A stretch of DNA of 64,000 nt from Candidatus Binatia bacterium (GTDB lineage Bacteria; Desulfobacterota; Binatia; UBA9968; CAXXLF01), in the NCBI GenBank assembly GCA_963664015.2, contig CAXXLF010000002.1, forward strand, positions 1,248,001 through 1,312,000, written 5' to 3'. Shown piece by piece: positions 58,513 to 64,000 of this stretch. Each line of letters starts with the position of its first letter. The first letter of the stretch is position 1. A model generated the notes under the pieces. That model made no database searches, was not told where the DNA came from, and saw only the letters and a list, made by a program, of their open reading frames with translations. A program made the translations under genes and the position numbers.

Positions 58513-59907
58513 ATGGAAAACACTAAGAATCTCCTACGTCAGCTTCCGTCAGTTGATCGCCTCTTGAAACACCCCCGATGCGATCAACTCATGGAGCGAT
58601 TCAATCGCGATTATATTACGGGTAAATGCCGTCAGATCTTGGATGAGTTTCGACACGATCTGCAGCAGGGTAAAGCCCTAGGGACAAACGACTTAAGAGA
58701 AGAGGCCCTCCTAACCCGGATAGAAGGCCGGATTGCCACCGAAAGTGAGCCCAAGCTCAGGCCCGTGATCAATGCCACAGGAACGGTCCTGCACACCAAT
58801 CTTGGACGCGCACTGCTCTCACAGGAGGCCATCGAGGCCATAGGACGTGCCGGCGCCTATCCGGTCAATCTGGAGTACGACCTGGCCACAGGAAAGCGGG
58901 GCAAGAGGGAACAGCCTATAGAGGAAGCGCTGACGCAGCTCAGCGGCGCAGAGGCCGCAACCGTGGTGAACAACAACGCGGCGGCCGTCCTGCTGGGCTT
59001 GAATACGCTCGCTTTTGGCAAGGAGGTCATTGTATCGCGCGGTGAGCTTATTGAGATCGGCGGCTCCTTTCGAATTCCCGAAATCATGGCCAAGAGCGGG
59101 GCCATCCTCAAAGAGGTGGGGAGCACCAATCGTACGCACCCGCAGGATTACGAAAAGGCGATCAGTAAAAAGACCTCCCTTCTCCTCAAGGTACACACCA
59201 GTAACTACAGGATCGTGGGCTTTTCTTCGGAGGTAAGCCTAGACGAGATGGTTGCCATCGGGAAACGACACAAAATACCTGTGATGGAGGACCTGGGAAG
59301 CGGTGCGTTGATCGACTTGAGCCGCTATAGGCTACCCAAAGAACCTATGGTCGCCGACCGTGTCGCCCAGGGGGCGGATATCGTAACCTTCAGCGGCGAT
59401 AAGATCCTCGGTGGGCCTCAGGCCGGGCTGATCGTAGGCAAGGAACACTGGATTCGCCAGATGAACCAAAACCCGCTAAAGAGGGCCCTGCGTTGTGGCA
59501 AGTTGACATTGGGCGCCCTGGAAGCGACCCTGAGGCTCTACCAGCAAGCCCCCAATATTGTAGAGCGGATACCCACACTGAAGGCTTTCACCCGAACGCT
59601 GGCTGAGCTCGATGAGATAGGAAACAGAACTATTCCAAAGCTTCGAAGCGTGCTGGGGGAAGGATTCGACCTAGAATTAATAGATTCCAGCTCCGAGATC
59701 GGCAGCGGAGCCTTGCCTACGGAGGAGATTCCCACCAAGGTTATTGCCATCCATCACCGGACCATGAGTGTGAATAAAATCGCTCAGATGTTCCGTACCG
59801 CCAATCCCCCTATCCTCGGGCGGGTGAACAATGACCGTTTCTTACTCGACCTAAGGACGATCTTTGATTCCGATGACCTAATCCCTAGGCGGCCTCAGAC
59901 GCGCTGA
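58513..59907 (+). CDS. selA: L-seryl-tRNA(Sec) selenium transferase
   Basis: INATGTVLHTNLGRA, VNNNAAA, EIGGSFR, EDLGSG, FSGDKILGGPQAG. Confidence 0.97.
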   Translation: MENTKNLLRQLPSVDRLLKHPRCDQLMERFNRDYITGKCRQILDEFRHDLQQGKALGTNDLREEALLTRIEGRIATESEPKLRPVINATGTVLHTNLGRALLSQEAIEAIGRAGAYPVNLEYDLATGKRGKREQPIEEALTQLSGAEAATVVNNNAAAVLLGLNTLAFGKEVIVSRGELIEIGGSFRIPEIMAKSGAILKEVGSTNRTHPQDYEKAISKKTSLLLKVHTSNYRIVGFSSEVSLDEMVAIGKRHKIPVMEDLGSGALIDLSRYRLPKEPMVADRVAQGADIVTFSGDKILGGPQAGLIVGKEHWIRQMNQNPLKRALRCGKLTLGALEATLRLYQQAPNIVERIPTLKAFTRTLAELDEIGNRTIPKLRSVLGEGFDLELIDSSSEIGSGALPTEEIPTKVIAIHHRTMSVNKIAQMFRTANPPILGRVNNDRFLLDLRTIFDSDDLIPRRPQTR

Positions 59908-60517
59908 GGAATCCACGCTTTCCCGTATAACCCTTGAGCGATTCCTGTAAAAGCCGGCGGCCACGAGCCACCCTGGAGCGCACCGTACCAATGGGGCAAC
60001 GCATCTGCACTGCAGCCTCCTCATAGCTTTGTTCATTAATATCCACAAGAACAATCGCTTTACGGAACTCCACCGGTAATTGATCAAGGGCCTTGGCAAC
60101 TTCATCGTCCATGAGACGCGAGATAAAGAGCTCTTCCGGGTTATCGGTCTCGCTAATCCTTCCCTGTTCTACCAGGAAATCATAAAATCGATCGATATGC
60201 TCCCAATCGATCCGCTCGGGCTGCTTTTTTTTCGTCCAGTAACCGTTGATAAAGAGGTTTTTGAGAATGCACAAAAGCCAGGCCTTGCAGTTGCTACCGG
60301 GTTGAAATTTGTGAAAGAAACGAAACGCTCGCAGGTAGGTTTCCTGCACCAGGTCTTCAGCCCTGGCCTTCTTCTTAGTTAGATTCGAGGCAACACTATA
60401 AAGAAAAGAATGCTCGGGGAGAGCAATACGCTCGAACTCAGATTTTAACGCCTGCTGCTGCTCCAAAGATAATGACAACATTTGTTCACTGGCGGCCTCG
60501 GCCGTGACTTCACTCAT
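59885..60517 (-). CDS. ECF sigma70 factor (SigH/SigR-like)
   Basis: AEDLVQETYLRAF region 2, CPIGTVRSRVARGR region 4; SD AGGGGG before MSEVT. Confidence 0.9.
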   Translation of the reverse strand: MSEVTAEAASEQMLSLSLEQQQALKSEFERIALPEHSFLYSVASNLTKKKARAEDLVQETYLRAFRFFHKFQPGSNCKAWLLCILKNLFINGYWTKKKQPERIDWEHIDRFYDFLVEQGRISETDNPEELFISRLMDDEVAKALDQLPVEFRKAIVLVDINEQSYEEAAVQMRCPIGTVRSRVARGRRLLQESLKGYTGKRGFLSASEAA

Positions 60518-60669
60518 CGACTTCCCCCCTCTTCCCGTTTGCTGGTCCGTGATATGTTTCCCCCTGCCGCCCAACCCGCAACCCAACCTGACCCTCTCGA
60601 CGAGTGCCACTACTTAGAATTTAAGCGGTAACTATCGCCTTCGCTGCAGAAAGACTTGTCATTTTGATC

Positions 60670-60685
60670 GCAAGGCTTGTGCCAA
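60670..60685 (-). promoter_or_regulatory. sigma54 (-24/-12) promoter for the ECF sigma gene
   Basis: Minus strand TTGGCAC-AAGCC-TTGC; near-consensus IHF site TATCAAGCACTTT at 60723-60711. Confidence 0.7.
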
Positions 60686-61109
60686 CAAAAGAATGGGGCT
60701 TTAAGCATATAAAGTGCTTGATAGCACACAACAAACATGGACTTGGGAGCAACTTGATGGGTGCGTTTTCGGACCCCAAAGACGGTATTTTGACACTGCT
60801 AGAACAATTGGAGACGCGGGAGCTCCTTACAAAGGATCAGAGAGGGTGTAATCTAATTTTCCTAGTTCAATTTTCGCGCTCCTTCAGGCTCCCAAGACTA
60901 TCGTGGAGTGGTCCCCGAGTAATTGTAGTTCTTAAGGTCCCCAAACAGTTTACATGACGCGATTTGCTTATAGACGGAATCAGCCGCCTCCCTGAATCAC
61001 CGGACGAGATTTCCCCCCCCTCAACGGAAGACCCTTGGCTCAAGCCTATAGAGACGCTTCATTAGAAAGATTTTTCTGATAGTATCGTGCTGACCGAAGA
61101 TACGACTCT

Positions 61110-63029
61110 ATGTCATACATAATTGGTACGGCGGGCCACATCGACCATGGCAAAACAAGCCTCATCAAGGCCCTGACGGGGCAAGACACCGATCGACTCA
61201 AGGAAGAAAAAGAGCGCGGTATCTCTATTGACCTGGGTTTTGCCCATCTGGACCTCCCCGATGGGACACAGGCCGGGATCGTCGATGTGCCCGGCCATGA
61301 ACGTTTTATCCGCAATATGCTAGCCGGCGCCCACGGCATGGACCTCGTCTTGTTTACCGTTGCCGCGGATGACGGGGTCATGCCCCAGACGGAGGAACAC
61401 CTTGATATCATTCATCTTTTAGGCGTTCACCTGGCCATCTTTGTTATCACCAAGACAGACCTAGTTCCTCCGTCCAGGATTAAAGAGGTCGAGGAGGAAA
61501 TCGAAATTCTAACGGCAGGGACCGCGTTGGAAGGGTCTCCCATTGTTCCCTTCTCCGCAGTGACGGGAGTTGATATCGACGGCCTACGTAACCATGTATT
61601 CAGCGTTCTGGAAGACTCGGGAAAAGCCGCTTCCAGGAGCTATTTTCGCCTCCCTGTGGACCGCGTTTTCGCGTTACCAGGCCACGGAGTGATCGTTACT
61701 GGCACCGCTTTGAGCGGCGAGGTCAGGTCGGGCGATCGGGTACGTTGCCTTCCCGGAGAACAGTCCTTTCGCGTACGCAGCTTGCAAGTCCACAATCAAT
61801 CGGTGGACTCTACGGGCGCGGGACACCGCGTTGCTCTCAACCTCAGCGGGCCGGATAAGTCTACCATTGAGCGCGGGCATGTGATTTGCCATGAAAAACT
61901 GACCCGTATCTCGGATCGGTTCGACGCTCACATAGAGGTCCGACCGGCAACCAAAAATGGGATTAAAAATCATCAACGAGTGAGAGTCCATCTGGGGACA
62001 GCGGAACGTATGGGTAAAATCATCCTGCTAGGGTCCCGCGAAGTGCTGGCGCCCAAAGAGCCCGCCTACTGTCAGGTTAGCCTGTCCGCTCCTGTCCTTG
62101 CGATGCGTGGAGACCGCTTTATCATCCGGGATGAGACCGCTCAACGCACTCTAGGGGGGGGAAGGATCATCCACCCATGGGCCCAAAGGCATAAAAGAAG
62201 GGAATCCGGGCTCGAAGCAAGGCTCGAAGTGCTTGGACGAGAAGATTCGCCTGCTCTTATCGAAAACTTCCTCGATGAAAGTCCGGAATTCGTAACGCCC
62301 GTCACCGCCGTCACACAGTTTCTCAATCTGACTGAAGAGGATACCCAGTACCGGCTGGACCAGACCAAGGGTATTGTGACCTTTACCAGTGAAGGAGAGA
62401 AGAGTTACTCCACTGAGCAAAAATGGCAAAACTTCCGTTCGAGGACACTGGATTCCCTGGCCGAATTTCATCGCTCTCATCCACTGGCACCGGGCATGGA
62501 CATGGAGGAGCTTAGGGGCAAACTCCCCTTCAGTGTACCAACCCGGCTGTTTCGCAGCCTCGTGGATCAGCTGGTCGGTCAGAAGGCCATCGCCCGCGAC
62601 GGCAATTCTCTACGCCTCCCCGAATACACGGTCCAATTGAAAGAGGAAGAGCGATCGATCACGGACAAGATCATCGCATCTCTAGGACGCAATCCACTGG
62701 CCCCACCGGAATTGAAAGAAATGGAAAAAGAGATTGGCATCGGCCGGGCCAAACTTACCGAGATTGTACGGGTCCTGGAAAGACAAGGGCAACTTATACG
62801 GGTCTCCACTGACTTATATTTCCTAAGGGAATCCGTTGACAGGGTAAAGACAGTTTTATATAAGTACCTTTCGGAACACCAAGAGATCAACGCGGCTACA
62901 TTTCGTGACGTCCTAAGTTCCAGTCGCAAGTTTACCATAGCCCTCCTGGAATATTTTGACCGCGAAGGAGTGACCATCAGGATCGGAGACGCCAGGCGAC
63001 TCAAACCATCGACAACCAAAAAAGCTTAG
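61110..63029 (+). CDS. selB: Selenocysteine-specific elongation factor
   Basis: [18 protein letters not shown]-terminal winged helices ending [13 protein letters not shown]...R. Confidence 0.97.
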   Translation: MSYIIGTAGHIDHGKTSLIKALTGQDTDRLKEEKERGISIDLGFAHLDLPDGTQAGIVDVPGHERFIRNMLAGAHGMDLVLFTVAADDGVMPQTEEHLDIIHLLGVHLAIFVITKTDLVPPSRIKEVEEEIEILTAGTALEGSPIVPFSAVTGVDIDGLRNHVFSVLEDSGKAASRSYFRLPVDRVFALPGHGVIVTGTALSGEVRSGDRVRCLPGEQSFRVRSLQVHNQSVDSTGAGHRVALNLSGPDKSTIERGHVICHEKLTRISDRFDAHIEVRPATKNGIKNHQRVRVHLGTAERMGKIILLGSREVLAPKEPAYCQVSLSAPVLAMRGDRFIIRDETAQRTLGGGRIIHPWAQRHKRRESGLEARLEVLGREDSPALIENFLDESPEFVTPVTAVTQFLNLTEEDTQYRLDQTKGIVTFTSEGEKSYSTEQKWQNFRSRTLDSLAEFHRSHPLAPGMDMEELRGKLPFSVPTRLFRSLVDQLVGQKAIARDGNSLRLPEYTVQLKEEERSITDKIIASLGRNPLAPPELKEMEKEIGIGRAKLTEIVRVLERQGQLIRVSTDLYFLRESVDRVKTVLYKYLSEHQEINAATFRDVLSSSRKFTIALLEYFDREGVTIRIGDARRLKPSTTKKA

Positions 63030-63115
63030 AACCCCCCTCCCACGGGGTTAAAAACGGTTCGTCCCCAGGACATGCAATAAACAAGGGCAGCGGTTACCAA
63101 GGATAAGAATCTATC

Positions 63116-64000
63116 ATGAGACAAAAAACTATTCGGCTAACGCACCACGTCAAGGCTGCCGGTTGAGCTGCTAAGCTCGGTCCTGCCGACCTTGTGCAAG
63201 TTTTGCACAGCCTGCCAAAAATTGATCACCCCGGTGTTCTTGTGGGGACGGAAACCTCCGACGACGCGGGTGTCTTCCGCTTGCGTTCCGACCTGGCGAT
63301 TATCAACACAGTAGATTTTTTCACGCCCATCGTGGACGACCCCTACACCTTCGGGCTCGTCGCCGCGGCTAATGCCTTGAGTGATGTCTACGCCATGGGC
63401 GGTGAGCCCATAACGGCTATGAACATCGTCTGTTTTCCCAAGGAAAAGATGGACATTCAGGTCCTTGGTACAATCCTCAAGGGAGGCGCGGAAAAGGTTA
63501 GCGAGGCTGGTGCGGTCGTCATTGGCGGCCACTCCATCATGGATCCAGAGATCAAATACGGCATGGCGGTCACCGGGGTGGTCCATCCGGATCGCGTGCT
63601 CCGAAACGTGGGGGTACAGGAAGGCGACGCCCTGATCCTGACCAAGGCCCTGGGAACCGGCATCATCTCGACAGCCCTGAAAAAGGGTAAGGCCCCCAAG
63701 GAAAGCATCGATGAGGCCATTGATTCGATGACAACGCTAAACAAGAACGCTGCCGCAGTGCTTGGTAAATTCCCCGTCCATGCCTGTTCCGACATCACCG
63801 GTTACGGGCTGTTGGGACACACCATGGAGATGGCCACAGGCAGCGGGGTTACCTTAATCCTTGAATCCCAAAAGCTTCCCATTCTCCACGATGCTGTTCG
63901 CCTCGCCAATAAGGGGTACCTGACCGCCGGACGCAAACGAAACCGTGAGTACCTGAAAGACAAGTCCAAGATTGACTCCATCATCCCAAAGGGGCTGGTG
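63116..64000 (+). CDS. selD: Selenide, water dikinase; selenoprotein (Sec17); runs off right edge
   Basis: MRQKTIRLTHHVKAAG-U-AAKLGP, DDAGVF, TVDFFTPIVDDP, ANALSDVYAMGG, GGHS, DITGYGLLGH; TGA at 63164-63166. Confidence 0.95.
63167..63198 (+). promoter_or_regulatory. Candidate bacterial SECIS hairpin of selD
   Basis: GGTC-CTGCC-GACC stem-loop starting 12 nt after the UGA; alternative pairing TCGG/CCGA also possible. Confidence 0.55.

Noticed and set aside
60520-61110. tRNA-Sec (selC), or ORF 60664-60957, between the sigma gene and selB
   Set aside because: No cloverleaf with a TCA anticodon here or at 63030-63115; the ORF has no recognisable features and overlaps promoter DNA
63137-63984. 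Minus-strand ORFs at the right end
   Set aside because: Antisense shadows of selD

Overview
Bacterial chromosomal window of mid-50s %GC (estimated by eye). Gene content (F420-type LLM oxidoreductase, DUF885, AsmA, heptamer-rich intergenic repeats) suggests a Deltaproteobacteria-like organism, possibly Binatota; this taxon call is inference only. Bases 1-9500 are an integrated element at the 3' end of tRNA-Val(CAC): tyrosine integrase, RHH, excisionase, Prim-Pol/AAA replicase, and a type I RM locus (hsdM-hsdS-hsdR) that runs off the left edge. The rest is core and accessory metabolism: nfo, three tandem MFS genes, paaF/G/H/J-like beta-oxidation genes, asmA, rnr, a minus-strand cofactor-maturation string (MoxR-VWA-XdhC, archaeal-type CTP riboflavin kinase, ubiX, fni, two PNPOx-fold genes), a K+ channel, msrA, ggt, a ZTP-riboswitch-led aminotransferase-serA-purA operon, a UvrD helicase, and selA/selB/selD. 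selD carries an in-frame UGA (Sec) and is missed by the ORF track. Most striking observations: (1) the sense strand of hsdR and hsdM has no GCT/GCC trinucleotide in any frame over about 3 kb; (2) a candidate self-contained prenylated-FMN supply cassette; (3) two oppositely oriented palindromes inside the replicase gene; (4) a leader RNA whose loop is complementary to the Shine-Dalgarno; (5) an orphan ECF sigma factor behind a sigma54 promoter inside the sel cluster. All motif counts were made by eye and should be recomputed.
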